In this document: positions 1 through 14,038 of the stretch, piece after piece
Layout: each line of letters opens with the position of its first letter
Numbering within the stretch: position 1 is the stretch's first letter
Assembly: GCA_965153455.1 (NCBI GenBank)
Contig: OZ234493.1
Coordinates: forward strand, 27,270,213-27,334,212
Reading direction: 5' to 3'
Length of the DNA stretch: 64,000 nt
Source of the DNA: Sphagnum compactum
Lineage: Eukaryota
Program-made: the position numbers and the translations under genes
The notes under the pieces: model-generated
Databases searched by the model: none
What the model was told of the DNA's origin: nothing
The model's input: the letters and a program-made list of their open reading frames with translations, nothing else

Positions 1-102
1 TCAATTCTATACGTATTATTAGATCCACATAAAATTTTCATGTTGGAGAAGAGCTAATAAAAATAATTTTTCTTTTGGTCAAATGTGGGATAATGCTATA
101 TA

Positions 103-865
103 TGTTAACGCATGTTTTTAAACATTAGTGGGATCAAAAACCAATTTTGTCAAGGATTCAAAAATGCACAAGAACAAAGACTAAAAAAAAGGTCGAAGTT
201 TAACTTTCATACAAGGAATAAGACAAGATTATATGATTCAAAAATAAAAACACAAGAACTAAAACCAAGAACATGAGATGTGCAAGACCAACATGAAAAC
301 AAATTTTCATTATGTTAACATATGCAAACATGAACATGAAAAGAACATGAGAAGGCTATGGTGTAAGATCATGCTTAAGATTAGTGTTGAATAGATTGAA
401 AGAAATTAGGGGTCCTACTCCTATTTATACCCCTTTGAAAATTTAGCTCAAAGAAATTTCCAAAGAGGCTTCTATGTGTGCATTTAGTAAAAAAACTTTT
501 TGAAAACCTTCTTAATTGAAAATTCATTATGAGTTAATTGAAACTTAACTAAAAATTATTTAGGATTTAATTAAAAATCAATTGGGAGTTAACTAGACTT
601 AATTAGGACTTTACAAAGAGTTAATTTGAAGTTAATTATAACTTATTAAAAATTAATTAGAAGTGAACCAAGACTTAACTAAGAGTGAATTAATAGTCAA
701 CTGAAAATGAACATAAGTTAAGTGAAAATGAAAAGTCAATTTGAAGTGAACTATGAATTAAGTGAAAATGAATTAAAAGTTAAATGAAAATGAACTATAA
801 GTCAAATGAAAATGAATTAAAACTGAACTAAAATTAAACTAAAAATAAAATACAAGTTTGTTACA
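103..865 (-). mobile_element. Possible solo LTR of an LTR retrotransposon
   Basis: Minus strand starts TGTAAC (865) and ends GTTAACA (103). It has a GGGGTATAAATAGG TATA-like motif at ~420-433 and degenerate AAATGAAAATGAATTAA repeats at ~700-845. No matching target-site duplication is visible. Confidence 0.3.
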
Positions 866-2719
866 AGTTATGAATGATCATTCATATATAACCTCATGAA
901 AAAAAATTGGAGAAAGCATTTTTAAATTGAGCACTTGTCTTGCAAGTGAAGTTGTAATAAAATCAAGCCCATGCTTGTCACATTTAACTTGTTGTTCCTG
1001 TTTAGTGCTTGCCGAACACAAATTACATTTTGAGATATCAAATTCCTCTTCCTTAATTATTATTATTATTATCCTTACATTAAAAAAAAGAGAAAAAAAA
1101 GGCCTCATTTAAAGGATTGAGCAGGTTGAGCAGGTATATGTGTCCACTTACTTATGAAAATTTCAAAAACCTATATTTGGTATGTAAATCACAGTTTTCA
1201 ATTTTGTTTGAAAAAAGGGTCCAAACAACATGTTCCAAAGATAACCCAATTATTTGGATATATGTCCGTCCAACAAAAAGTGTCTTAAGGCAAAAGCCCA
1301 ATTATAGAAACTCAAATATTTCACCATGCAAAAATATAATCCTTAAAAAATTCTCTAAAATAAACCAAAATCCTTCAAAATATTACAACTCTGTAACTAA
1401 TCTCAAGTTTCAGCACAAGCCAAAATATCATCTTTCAAAAATCCTCATATAAAATAGACCTAATGTTACCTAGGGGCCAAAATCCCTTAAGCTACGAAAC
1501 TCTATAATGAATCTAAAGGCAATATCCTTGCCTCTATCAACCTGTGGTCATTGTAAAGAATAAGAAACATTCATATGAAGAAAAAACACCAATTCAGAAG
1601 AGAAAAGCAAAACATCAATCCAGAAGGGAAAGTAGGAACACAAAGAGAGGACCAATGTTCAAAGCCAAGAAGATGATGCTCACAAGCAAAAGAAATGAAA
1701 AAAAAGCACTCACCCAAATCCAAAACCCAAGCCTAGGTCCTGAACCTTTCACCAGTGATGTGAAGCAAATCAGACAAAGAGAGAGAGAGGGAACCCTAAA
1801 AGAATGGCAAGCTTAGAAGAGACCTTGTTGACAACAAGTGTCCACATTGTGAATTCATTGTTTGGGAACTTCATGGAGCATGTTGCATTTAAACAGTTGT
1901 TGGTTTCAAGTTTGGTCAGTTATTTCTTTTTAAAATAATCACTGGGTAGTTTATTTAATTTTTTTTTTTCCAGATGACACAAATTATCAATATCAATTAA
2001 AAAAAAATTCCAGGTAAATTATCAAATAATTTGGCTGATAATGGTTATGTATAAGGGTAGGTTCTTCAATAACTTATCAATAACCACCTATTATCCTACT
2101 GATCATGAGCTGGTTATAAAGTTTTTTAAAATTAAAAAAAAAGTTTTTTCTGTTTTCTAAATTTTTAACATTAGTGTTTAAAGGTTTGACAACCTACATG
2201 GATGATAATAAAATCATCCATTTAAGTTATTAAACATTTAAAAATTCAATACCAAATGATTATCAAGTTAATTATTAGTAATCGAGTTGATAATTGAGTC
2301 AAAACTCAATAACCGGCCTACACCGATTTGAACTTGCCTTAAAGGGAGGGATTTTTTTTGGAAATGTTATGTGGAAAATGCTTGATTTAAAAAAAGTAAA
2401 ATCCAAAAATGAAGGAAATTTTGGAAGAAATGTCATCACTTTTCAACTGCAACCAAAAGTTTGTCCCAACTCCCAACTCCGCACTTTGCTGCTGTTGAGA
2501 GAGAATTTTGAACAGATTTCTAAAAAATTGTGGTGAGCACATACTAAATCTACTTTGGGATGCTCACCTATGTCCCAAAAAAAAAATTGAAGAAGAGAAA
2601 AAAACACTGGCCATAAGGGGCAGAGCGACACATGAGGAGCCACTTTGTTTGAACCGGTGTTGTGCAGTTCTTTGATTTTGAAACGACTCTTTGGTTCCAG
2701 TTTTAACTTTAAATAAATA

Positions 2720-4049
2720 AATACAATTTATTTATTGCCTTAGTCTGTCTGTCGAGGTCCTGAAAGTCGAGGTCCTGTCCGTCCGTCCGTCTCTCTGTCG
2801 AGGTCCTGAAACCCAGATCGGGCCCCGTCTGTCCGTCTATCTGTCGTTCACGTCCGTTTCCGCGCAGCAACTGCCGTCGTCGATGCTGCCTCAAATCCAC
2901 CGCCACTGCAGTTCGTTCCGGAAATCTCCAAGCTCCCGCGGATGCTGCTGCTTCCGCAGCCAGTTGATTGCCACAACAGGCGCCCGCTGTGGTGTTTGTT
3001 TGGACTTTTGCTTCACTTTGATCCTCTGCTTTCTTTTTGCTCCTTCCTTTACTGCTGTTGAAATTTCTTCTTCTGTCTTAGAATCAACTGCCGCATGTGC
3101 CTCTCCAATCAAGAATCTGGAAATCGGACATCAGGCAGGCTTATCCGGTGATGATAATAATAATCGTAATTACAACGCTTAATAGCAGTGGGACGAGAAA
3201 CTATTGCAGAAGTGCCGGAATATTGAGTACGCGTTGATCATCCGGAATCCGTCGGAGCTGCTGTAGTGATGTTGTCTTAATTATTTCTTTCACGGTGGAC
3301 CTGCAATTTGTGTGATCTACGTCTTCCATCGACAATATTGACCTGGAGTACTCAACCTCTCATTTAGTGTGAAGTTCGTCTCCTCCACTTTGCTCCTCTT
3401 CGGTCCAATGTTTGTGAGAGCCACTGTGTGAGGAGTGCCTGGTTTTTGATCTTTACTTAGAGTGGTGTCATTTCCTTCTCATCATGTTCTGTGCTTCTGA
3501 GAATGGATCATGGATTGCTCAAGCTGTCTGCGATTTAATTGTCCTCTTTTAATCAGGTAGTGTAGCATGCGCTGTTTGTGACGTGACAATTCTGCTTTTT
3601 CATTCTATGGCAGAACCGGCCTCTGTATATTTCAAATGGCGCTGCCCAGGGTTAATACCAGGGTTTTTTTTTTTTTTTTTTTTTTTCGCCCTTTTCCGGC
3701 GGGTTCGCTGTGTAGGCAGGTATGTTCTTCCATACCCATATTTGATTCTGCTAATTATACCCGGAACTGATGGTTCTGAATTTTTCAAATCCACAGAACC
3801 AGTGGGTATGTAATACCCCCCCCATCGCCCTTTTCCCCACATTGGTTAATACCAGGGTTTTTTTTTTAAAAAAAATTTGGGCAAATTTCTCAAGTAGGTC
3901 CATTGGCGAGGATCCCGAGCATTAATTAGCATTAAATGATGACGATCCTACTCAGGCTATAGCATTTTTAAAAAATTAAAAATATGGCGAATTTAGTAAA
4001 ACAATGCAGGGGCGCCTCACAGTGACCAAAGGTCGCGGGTACCCACTAG
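2720..4049 (+). mobile_element. Non-autonomous Helitron-like element (3' end clear, 5' end approximate)
   Basis: 3' hairpin GTGACC-AAA-GGTCGC (4022-4036), then CACTAG|T ending at 4049. The 5' region ATTGCCTTAGTCTGTCTGTC resembles the 5' end of the 14854 element (ATTGCCTTGTTTGTCCGTCTGTC). Confidence 0.55.
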
Positions 4050-6085
4050 TACAATTTATTTATGCAACTTACGATTCAATCTTGAGAAATGGTTTTGGGC
4101 TCCACATAAAGTGGTTTTGGGCTCCACATAATTGCAGAGTTTTGCGGTGGCTGGTAAGAGGCAGAGCAACATTGTGCACCTGCAGAAAAGAGTGTAATAA
4201 ATATGATCTGACTGCTAGTGAGTGTTTCTGATTGGCCCATCGTAGTGATTGGTTCAGGTGGTTCGTTATTAGTAATCCCCCCACCTATCTGCTGTCCCAA
4301 TTTCAGTTTTATGGGTGAGGTTGAAAGAAAAGTAAATAACTAAACTTGGATGTGAAAAATATTTTGCAGGGTCACATACTGAGCACAGCTTGAGATGCTC
4401 TTGAATTTTCTTTGTTTTTATTTTAAGGCTCCTTTTGGACAAAAATGAAAAAGTTTCAAAACCACTGGTTGAGGAGGTCACCAGATGACCGCCTCATCCG
4501 GTTACCATCTCTATGGCACTCTCTCGGTCTCTCTCTCTTACTCGCTGTGCACTCAGAAGACGTGACAGCGCTGCGGTTGGATTTTGCTCAAGGTTTTGTC
4601 TCACGCTCAGCTGCTTCTTCCCACGCGTTTTGCATTTCGTCTCTGCCTGCGTCACTTCACACTTCTCATAGGAGTTTGCAGCAAATACTAGCTCGTTCAA
4701 GTTTCTATGGCGATTTTGTTTTTGTTTTTTGGGTTTTTTTTGGTATCCTTTAGCTTTCACCGCTTGCTCCCTGGACGGCTGGACGTCTGACTGAAGTGTG
4801 TTCGTTTGGTCGTGTGTTCACTGGGATTGTCTCTCGGTGCCCCTGTCAGTAATGCTAATTCTGTTTCCTTGATTGGCTTCCCTGGTAGTGAGAAAACCTT
4901 TCTTCTCTCCTTCCACTCTGCTTTTGTATTGCACTAGGTACCTAAGGATGCTCGAAGTTTTTTTTTCATGAAATATGGTGTGAAGTGTGTTTCCCCTTCC
5001 TTCCTTCCTTCCCTCTCTCAGCCGATTGCGGAAGGTAGGGGTGAAAGACACCAATGAAAATCGGTTAGAAAGTGCGGCAGAAAATGTCCAAGTCTTCAAC
5101 TAATTTCCAAATTTAGCGATATATATTGTACTGGGTCTGAAATATCTTTCTCAGGCTATGTCCTCTTTGGCGTCTGTGCACTCGCTCCGTGTCCCTTTGT
5201 GAGGTTTTGGAACAGATCTGCAGTCTTTTGTTTTGGGAACAACTCATTCTTCTTGTAGTTTCTCATCTGCTTTACACCAGAAAAGAGAATTGCTTGCTTT
5301 CGGGGACAATGCTCATCGTTTGCATAGAAATATTATCTTCTACTGGTCTGTCTAGGTCTCATCAAGAGACTGCTATATCCAATTGCGAGATTGGTACTGC
5401 GTACTGGTTGTGAAAGGTGGTGAATGGAGCGCATTATCTTCTTCTATATGTGCTGCAGCAACAATGGCATGTGGTAAGTCTTCTTTTGCATCTTTTTGAG
5501 GTCCTTTGCTGTCAGAAACTCATGCAGACATATGTATGCCATGTGCTTTGCTATCTTTATAGAGATCATCACATCATAAATTTGTTGAACCTTCTGTAAG
5601 AGACTTGTCCATGATGATGTACATCCTTGTCTGCTGTCATTGCATCAATGCATGGTGGGAGTGAGGTTTTGGAATCTTGTAGAAGGAATATTTTTAGGAT
5701 TGACCCACAGCTCAAACTCTCTCACCATTCCTGTCTGTAGAAGTCTCCCCCCTAACCTTGGACTTAGATCCCTTGTTCTGTGTCATTGTCCTGCATCAAC
5801 TGAATCCTCAGAAGTGATTATTGCATGCACAGTCTGCTAACTATTTTGTTTGAGGTCCTTGTTCCTCAATTCCCCTTACAGGTTGTGTTAAATAATTGAA
5901 TATCAATTTTGTTGCAGGAGCATTGAAGAGATATTGAGCTGGATTTCCTGCAAGTAAGGAGTCTTGAGAAGCTGAATCAGATACTATTGAACCAGTCTAC
6001 AATTCACCTGATTCTGTTTACGGCAACAAAACCTTCATATGCTGGTTTCAAAAAAGAGACAAAGGTGGAAGGCAGTAGAGCTCAC

Positions 6086-8311
6086 ATGAACCCAATGGTC
6101 TCTCAACTTGTGAAGACTTTCCATGGAGGAAGCAAGTGCTGTTTGCCAGTGGTACTCTGGTCACTAGCTGCTTGGGTTCTTCTCCTTCAGGCATATACAT
6201 CTCTCCTGAGACTCCCTTCCCATGTTCCTGAACCTTACTCACAGTGGAAAAATGCCTCCCACATGTTCTATCGTGATGCTGCAGAGCAAACAGCAGAGGA
6301 ATTGGATGCGGAGATGATCGAGAATTTGGATGACAATGCACAGGAGAAGGTGGAGAAGGTGGAAAAATGGAATAAATTGGAAGAGAACAAGGATTTAGAA
6401 GAAACCTTTGGTGCTGTTGCACCAGTTGAGCCTGCAACAACTGCAAAGGCTCTGGAGGAATCCAAAGAGCTTCTGGCACAAAGAAGGCTGGCATTTCTGT
6501 TTCCTGGTAAAACCTCAGTGATAGACCCATCAAAAGTGAATGGTAGTGAGTATGGATACTTTTACCCTGGTCGGACATGGCTTGACTCAGTTGGCAAACC
6601 TATCCAAGCCCATGGTGGGGGAGTGATGTATGTGGCAGAAACTCAAACCTTCTACTGGTATGGAGAAAACAAGAATGGTGCCACAATACATCCAAAGCAA
6701 GGAACAGCGAGAGTAAGTTCTTTCAGGTTCCACCTTTCTCTTCCTCTTTCTGTGCCTCTTTTGGTGTGCTTGACTTCACTGGCAACAGGGCTTTGAATAG
6801 CACATACTTGCTCTCATTCTTCAACCCTTTGGCAGCCTACAGTAAAAGGGGTTTTTATAAAATGTCTAAACTTTGGAAAGAGGAAAGAATAGTACTTTTA
6901 GGTCTTTGGCAACAGCATTACAAGTAGTAGGGTAGAACTGAGCAACTGCAGAGAGGGAAAGCAATCTTAAACCTCACTTAATGGACAGAGAAAAGTAGTC
7001 TCCAGTTATTGATGTGGCAGTTGAGTCATTTTTCATGAAGAGATACTGTCCTTTCATGTCCTGGCTGTATTAGAAAAAGTTGAAAATTTTCTAATCTCTT
7101 TGCTTTGCAGGTAGATGTGCTGGGAATAAGCTGTTACTCATCCAAGGACCTCTGGACATGGAATTATAAGGGCCTGGCCCTCAAAGCAGAGAGAAGAGAC
7201 AAGAGTAGTGACTTATATTTCTTGAATGTAGTTGAGCGGCCTAAAGTCATCTACAACGATAACACAAAGCAATATATAATGTGGATGCATATTGACAATT
7301 CAAACTATTCCAAAGCTTCAGTTGGTGTTGCAGTCAGCCCCAATCCAGAAGGCCCTTTTGAGTATGTAGGGAGTAAGAGACCACATGGGTGTGACAGTCG
7401 TGACATGACCATTTTTAAAGATGATGATGGACAGGCCTACCTCATCTATTCATCATCAGTGAACACTGAACTGCACATTGGTATGTTGCAGGTCGTATGC
7501 CCCACTTTTTTGGTTTTTGAATATAGCAATGCTCAGTAGTTGCAAGGTTCTTGTACGCTCTTGAATGTGTGGAAGGGCCGTCCTTCAGTTTTTGCAGAAT
7601 GGGGTCCCTGTGAAGTCTAATCCACCTTCTTTATTTACATATCTAGTCATAGTTGCAGGACCATTAACCGAGGACTACATGGATATTGTGGAGAGAGGTT
7701 CTAAGAAGGCCTTGGTGAAGCAACGCAGAGAGGCTCCTGCAGTTTTCAAGCATCGTGGAATGTATTACATGGTGACGTCAGGATGCACCAGTTGGGCTCC
7801 CAATGGTGCACTAGTTCACGTAGCTGAATCAATGTTGGGACAATGGGTAACACTTGGAGATCCTTGTGTGGGGGGGGAGGAAGGTTTTGGATCAATCACC
7901 TTTTTCTCACAGGGCACATTTGTGTTGCCACTGCCTGGTCTGGAAAACACCTTCATTTTCATGGCAGACAGGTTGGTAGTGGATCCACATGTTTGGTGGA
8001 TGAAATTATATTATATGTTCATTGCATTGGCATCTGCAGTGTTGGTTGGCACCCCTACAAGTCAATTGGCTTTGTCCACAATCCATAGATGACTGACTAG
8101 ATTATTTGTCATGCCAAGCAGGTGGCGGCCAACAGATCTTAGAGACTCAAGATATGTTTGGTTACCACTTACAATGGATGGGCCAGCTGACACAGCTTCA
8201 GATGATGAATTTGAGTTCCCACCTTGGCTCAGAGTCTCCATTCACTGGTATGAAAGGTGGAAACTTCCAGAAGGCTGGGACAACCTGCCTCCAGTGTTGA
8301 CTTCTTTGTAA
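6086..8311 (+). CDS. Glycoside hydrolase family 43 (GH43_24-like exo-beta-1,3-galactosidase) with probable N-terminal membrane anchor, 499 aa
   Basis: Exons 6086-6712, 7111-7480, 7659-7971 and 8122-8311 are GT-AG bounded and total 1500 nt in frame. Motifs: WLDSVGKPIQAHGGG, FYWYGENK, TAR|VDVLGISCYSSKDL, VVERPKVIYN, MWMHID, DSRDMTIFKDDDG, REAPAVFK, FIFMADRW, SRYVWLPL. Hydrophobic segment near the N-terminus. Confidence 0.93.
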
Positions 8312-9829
8312 GATGGAGGGCTTCTGGAATTGTGTAGGTCCATGGATTTGTTCTGTACTATAACGCATTTGCAACTCTAGCTGCAGACTCAATTCTGGCT
8401 TCTTGGTAGGATGTGCATAGCTCACTCACCAACCTACCACATAGAAGTTAGTGTCACTCTTTTGCAGTAAGATTCATGAGAAAATGCATGGTGTATCTGG
8501 AGGGGTGACAATTGCTTGTTCAGTTTTTATGCTGGGGTTTGCATTCCATATTGCTTACCCACAATGGCATACACCAAGATTAGCTGCGGTATACTGCCAT
8601 AGTTACATCGACCAGGTGAAGACAAAGAAACAGCCTACATTACTTGCCCATGGCCAATTGGTGGCAGAAGTACAATCCAATACTACATCTGCCAAATACC
8701 ATTTCACTGTAGTGTGTTACTGCACACTGAAAGGCATGTAGGTTCATGAATGGCAATGGAATTCAGAAATACTCAAACCCCCTAATACAGGTCAATAGGG
8801 CAGTAGCCACTGGTTATCAAGTAGCATGACCATATTCTTGGCTTCTACACATACCTATATAATGGTATGCTAGTTAGGTGTCATCTTGTGACTACAGTAG
8901 TTCAAATCTACTGTAGAGTTTTGCTCAGATATAGAGTATCAAAAAAATTCTCTGTGTAAAGGTGGTGACATGGTGACCTTGTACAAGTGGGACAACATGG
9001 TACAAGTCACCACCTTTCACCCCGTATGATAATCCAGCTAGCTTCCATGTAGCTTCCATGCTTGTTGTCACACTCATTGGAGACAGCTCCCGGTGGTAAA
9101 AGGGTCCGGCATGGTGAGCAGTTTGTTGTGGTTGTGAGTGTTCATAGTATATGACTTTTATCATGCTTAAAAGTCCACAGCTTTAGGTGGAGCAAGAATC
9201 TTGAGTATATCACAGGAGTTGTGAGGTGAGGATTTTTGATACCCAGTGAGGTTCTGACAGTGAATGAGTCCAAAACACTGGTTTCCTTTGAGTGAGATTC
9301 TTGGTCTGAAGTTTTCCACAGCATGTTATTTCTAAATAGTTTCCCAATTTTGATTGAAGGAAAGCCAACAGGGTAGGCATCTAGACACAGGAGATGGTGG
9401 TTTTACAAGGTTGTTGGGCCATAGTTTTAACCTTGGATCCTGCAACACAACCTGAGCTTTTTCAAATATGCTGAAATGAGAACACCTTTGATTGCCTTAG
9501 GTTATAAGGTTTACGCTTGATTGTACACAAACTGTAAGGATCTTGATGTCTTGGTGAATAAACTTGTTGGACATAGTCCATGTGTTATTAGCGTGGTAGT
9601 AGCCCTATCTGTTAATAAGAGGCTCTTTTGTGTGAGCTTTGGCTTCTCACTGTCTCTGTCCCTCAGTCTGTACATATGTAGGGAGATGTGTACACTTATG
9701 TCATGAGTGCTATTTATTGGGCTTGTGTCTGTAATGCATCAGCTTCATTCTAAGTGACTTTTCTTTGCAGGAGTTGAAATCCCACACCTAACTTGATGTA
9801 ATTTCAATTCATTCAATGTTCAAGCCTTT

Positions 9830-10720
9830 TTGAGCCCATACATCTTCCACCAAATATGTTCTCAAATTGTAATCAGCTTGCAAATTCTATAATTCTTGTG
9901 TGCTTTCCATGTATGCTTGTAAGGTCAAATGTCTTTTCAAGTGTGCTACATTTGTTTTGTTGAATAATGGCTTCAAATTTTGGTCTCACTCATTTGCACT
10001 CATCTTCAATAATCATGTAATGAAAAAGCACACAACACATCATAAGGTCATAAATTACATCCATTTGCCACAACCTACATGGGTTTTGAATGATAGCAAA
10101 TCTAAATTGCAATATTTCAAAACATCTCTCTATATCCTTTCTTGCATCTTTGTAGAATGTAGGCCTTTTTCATCATGAGGTTCATGTATGGTTTGCACAA
10201 AGCAAGACCATGGAGGATAAATATCAAGGGATAAACATTGTCATTCATTTTGAACCTCATATCGCTAGCTCCATTTAAAATGTTTGCAACCATGGGTGAT
10301 TAGTCTAGCACATTAATATCATTGTTTCCACTTGGAATCCCAAAAATGCATGCCATATCCAAAGAGATTGGTCTCCAATTGCTTTCAAAATTATGAACCT
10401 CTTTCAATGTTTGTTTTGAGATTTCCCTTGTCATCCAAATGCACAATTCTTCCACCTATGATGCATATAATCAAGGCTCACAAACATGTTTAGAAAGCCC
10501 CTCTCTGCATTGATCTTGAGTCTGTGACGTTGTATTACTTTCATGAAAAGATTGATTTGTCTTATACTAACACCTCAAAAATTCCTCACCATACATTGGT
10601 GAAGGAACAAAATAGTCCATAAATGTGCATTCATGCCCAAGCTCCCTCTCTCATGGTAGATTCTTTGCATGCCCCACCCTGTTGTCACCATGCTTACAAA
10701 CTTCAACTTCCAAAGTTTGA
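9830..10720 (-). mobile_element. Decayed PIF/Harbinger DDE transposase pseudogene
   Basis: Manual minus-strand translation across stops and frameshifts gives QSLWIWHAF/GIPSGNNDINVLD, DIYPPWSCFVQTIHEP and ARKDIERCFEILQFRFAIIQNPCRLW...CCVLFHYMIIEDE, matching plant PIF/Harbinger transposase motifs. Confidence 0.8.
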
Positions 10721-12419
10721 ACAAGTTGCTCCAAAGTTCCTTGTAGAAACAAGGCCTCGTCATTTTCATCATCAAGGCCAACTTCTTAAGCAAACAACCT
10801 TTCTCAATTCGTGACCCTGTTTCCTCTCTCTCTACACACACAAAAATGCAAAGAAAGGCTCTTGGAGTTTTGTCACAATGGTAGATTTGGAGTGTATGAA
10901 AAATTCAATGATTATAATTTGTGTGGCTACAAGGCTTATTGCCACATAGTTATTAATGAGTGTTTTGCTCAAACAAATCATAGTGAGGTTTGGCAAAGGG
11001 GTTTGGATACCAACATTGCAATGTATGTTTGCAAGGTAACTAGTGGAGATGCCCTTATAGGAGGAGGGCTTAGGGGGCCCAAATTATCTTCATAGAATGT
11101 TGACTATTTCCATTGTATCATGTCGTGATGAATTGATATGTTCAATTTTTTTATAGCATAGCCCATTTATCCTAATAAAATAATTAAAGTTTTGAAAAAG
11201 TTTGATGACATGCCATTCATCTAGTGTTGGCTTTAAACACAATGTTCACTCCCTAACTTGACTATTCTTATTGACCTTAAAAAAAATAAAAAAATCCATG
11301 ACTAACAACAATTGATGAAATAAATAGCAAGCAAAGAGCTTTAGAATTGATAGGGTACTAAACTAGGTTTGAAGATAAAGTTGGTTGCTTTGAATCCATT
11401 AATTCATGAGTCTTGTGGCTTGCCAAGCTTGAGAAGTTTGTTACTATATTACCTGTCACTATCAAAACTAACAAATTTGCACGCATAAAAACACAAACAT
11501 AAATAATATTTAATATTTAAAAAATGAACTCAATCATATTCATAAAATATCTTAAATAGGGGATGAAAATGTTCATTAAGGGTCCACAATAAGGGTCAAA
11601 ATGTTATGTGAACATTAAATTTGTAAATTAATTTACATTGTGTGTTATAGTTTGGACCACAATCCTTTTAACATCTTTATTGGACGTGTTAAAGGAATTA
11701 GAGTTGATAAAAGGAATTTAGCTTTATATATAGTGCTTGAGGCAAATCTTGATGCATGTAGCCTCTACTTGTCAACACACCTTTCACATTCACGTTAAAT
11801 ATTAATTTTAGTAATTTTATTTTGATTTAAATTGTTATTTTGATCGAGTCTTTTTCAAACTTTGTGAATAACAACAAAGAAAGGGTGACCAAATCAATAA
11901 GGTATGAAATAAAGGCTGGGCTAGGTGTGACTTTAATGATGGTTTTAATATGTATTAAATTTAACAATTGTCACTTGATATAGGTTAAAACGTGCCATCA
12001 ACCTAGTTGAAGCTTATGACCCCTACACCTCGAGTAATAGATGGTTTGCTTGAGAATGTAGTTCAACCTACCTAATCCATAAAATGGATTTAGGTGTGAT
12101 GATGCACACAAACACAATAACTACCAACTTTGAACATGTCACCCGGTTACATGACGATCATTTTGTTACATGTGTGTTTGCACATATGCATTGCACAAAA
12201 TGCTTTTAACAATTTTCGTCAAACTGATGAAATTAATTAATGATCAATACTTAGTTTACTACCATACTAGATGGTGTCCAATTGTTGGACATTAGTTTTT
12301 CATGATCCAAATCTACAAGTTTGGACGCAATTAGTTGAACTTGAGAACAAAACAAAGAACTTGCCAATATTTTGATCATTACCATTTATAAATGCTGAAA
12401 TTTCACAAAATGATGTCAA

Positions 12420-12840
12420 TTGCAGACCATGAGAACAAACACATGATCCTGATGATGCTAATGCAATCAAGTTTTTCCAAATACCATTTGGAAACAAAAA
12501 ACCATGATAATGAACACATGATGATTATGGAAGTATGTTAGCAAAAATCAACTACAAAACATAAGACCATGACAACAAACACAAGTTGATGATGATGCAA
12601 TTGCATTTCCAAATACCAATTGCAAAACATAAGAGCATGATGATAGTACAGTATGATGATGATGCATCGCATTTTGAAATATTATTTATGAAACAAAAAA
12701 TTATGTTGACAATACACATGATGTGCTTTATAAATTCTAAATACCAATTGCAAAGAAAAAGACCAAGCTAACAATATATGATGATGATGCATTTGTGTTT
12801 CCAAATACCAAGTGCAAAACTAAAGACAATGATAATAAAC
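12420..12840. repeat. Degenerate ~60-65 bp tandem repeat, also present at ~30290-30475 and ~30810-30890
   Basis: Recurring units like GATGATGATGCA..TTGCATTTCCAAATACCA.TTGCAAAAC..AAGACCATGACAACAAACAC at all three sites. Confidence 0.6.
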
Positions 12841-13872
12841 AGATGAGAGATCCTCCTGGCTTTATTGCAGCACTTGCACAAAAAGCACGTCTTCATTTTT
12901 GTTGCAATCCAGATTTAGTCAAGATATGTAAAAATCCGGATTGCAGACAATTGAGTTCAGAGCAGATAGATCTGGAGTTTTTCTTATCGGAGCTGAAATC
13001 ACCAACTAATGTTCTGATGGAAGCTCTTGTGTGATGGAAGCTGGCTGGCTGGCTGGTGGTGAAAGCCTCAGAAAGCTCTTAGGTGAAAGAGGATGCAATA
13101 CAAACTGATGCGTTCACTTGGGTCACTGAAGTTGTGAAGCTTTCAAAACAGTTCAAGATCTCCTCTGTTTTGTAGTGTACTTGGGGCATTGGAATCAGCA
13201 GCAAGTGATTCTCATTGCTGCATTGCTGATGCCAATCAATACCCCGATTACTGCTTCCTTGATATTGTTGCAATTGTCTCCTTGCACTCGCCCTTCTTTG
13301 AGGCTGAGAAGGGCTGAGCACCCTATCCTCAACAGGCACATTTAGCTGCTTGGCTATGGCCAGAACAATCTTACACACAAAACTCCACGACATGAACACA
13401 CAGAACTAAACTGAGGGTATTTTACTCTGCACTTCCTCCCCATAAAAAGGAAGATGAGAAGCTCAAGGAACTCGACCACCTCCAATAGCCATTATTCAAT
13501 ATCACTGGAACCCTAATAACTGTAGAATGCAAATCTCCCAGTACCTACTTGGCTCAAGGTTTCTTCAGGAATGTTCTGTGGCCCAACAAAGACGTGTACG
13601 ACGGGCTTGGATCTTCTTCTCCGACACCCATCTGAGAGCATCATCAGCAAGAGCTTCCTCTATTAGTGTTTGGGTCATCGTCCAACCGCAGAATATGAAG
13701 CTCGTACAGTATTCTTCTCCAAGTCCATGTTGTCGATCGACTCGTGATCTCTGACAAATTCGATGATCAACTTCTCATCAGTCGTGTGTGCCATCAGCCT
13801 ACACGGTCGTAGTGCTCTTCTTATCCATGCATTTGCTGTTGGTGGTGTGTTGCACCAGCTGCACAGAGTGGA

Positions 13873-14038
13873 GATGTTGCACGCTCTTCTTCAGTCCTCC
13901 ATCGCGGCAACTCGCCGTGGTACAACACCTCTCCTTTCTGTTTCACCATTGGCGGATGTTGCACGCTCTTCTTCAGTCCTCCATCGCGGCAACTCGCCGT
14001 GGTACAACACCTCTCCTTTCTGTTTCACCATTGGCGGA
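13873..14038. repeat. Perfect 82-bp tandem duplication
   Basis: GATGTTGCACGCTCTTCTTCAG...TTTCACCATTGGCG starts at both 13873 and 13955. Confidence 0.95.

Noticed and set aside
6048-6578. 176-aa minus-strand ORF, and similar antisense ORFs over the NLR, RCA and RepHel genes
   Set aside because: Shadow ORFs opposite real exons, with no recognisable motifs.
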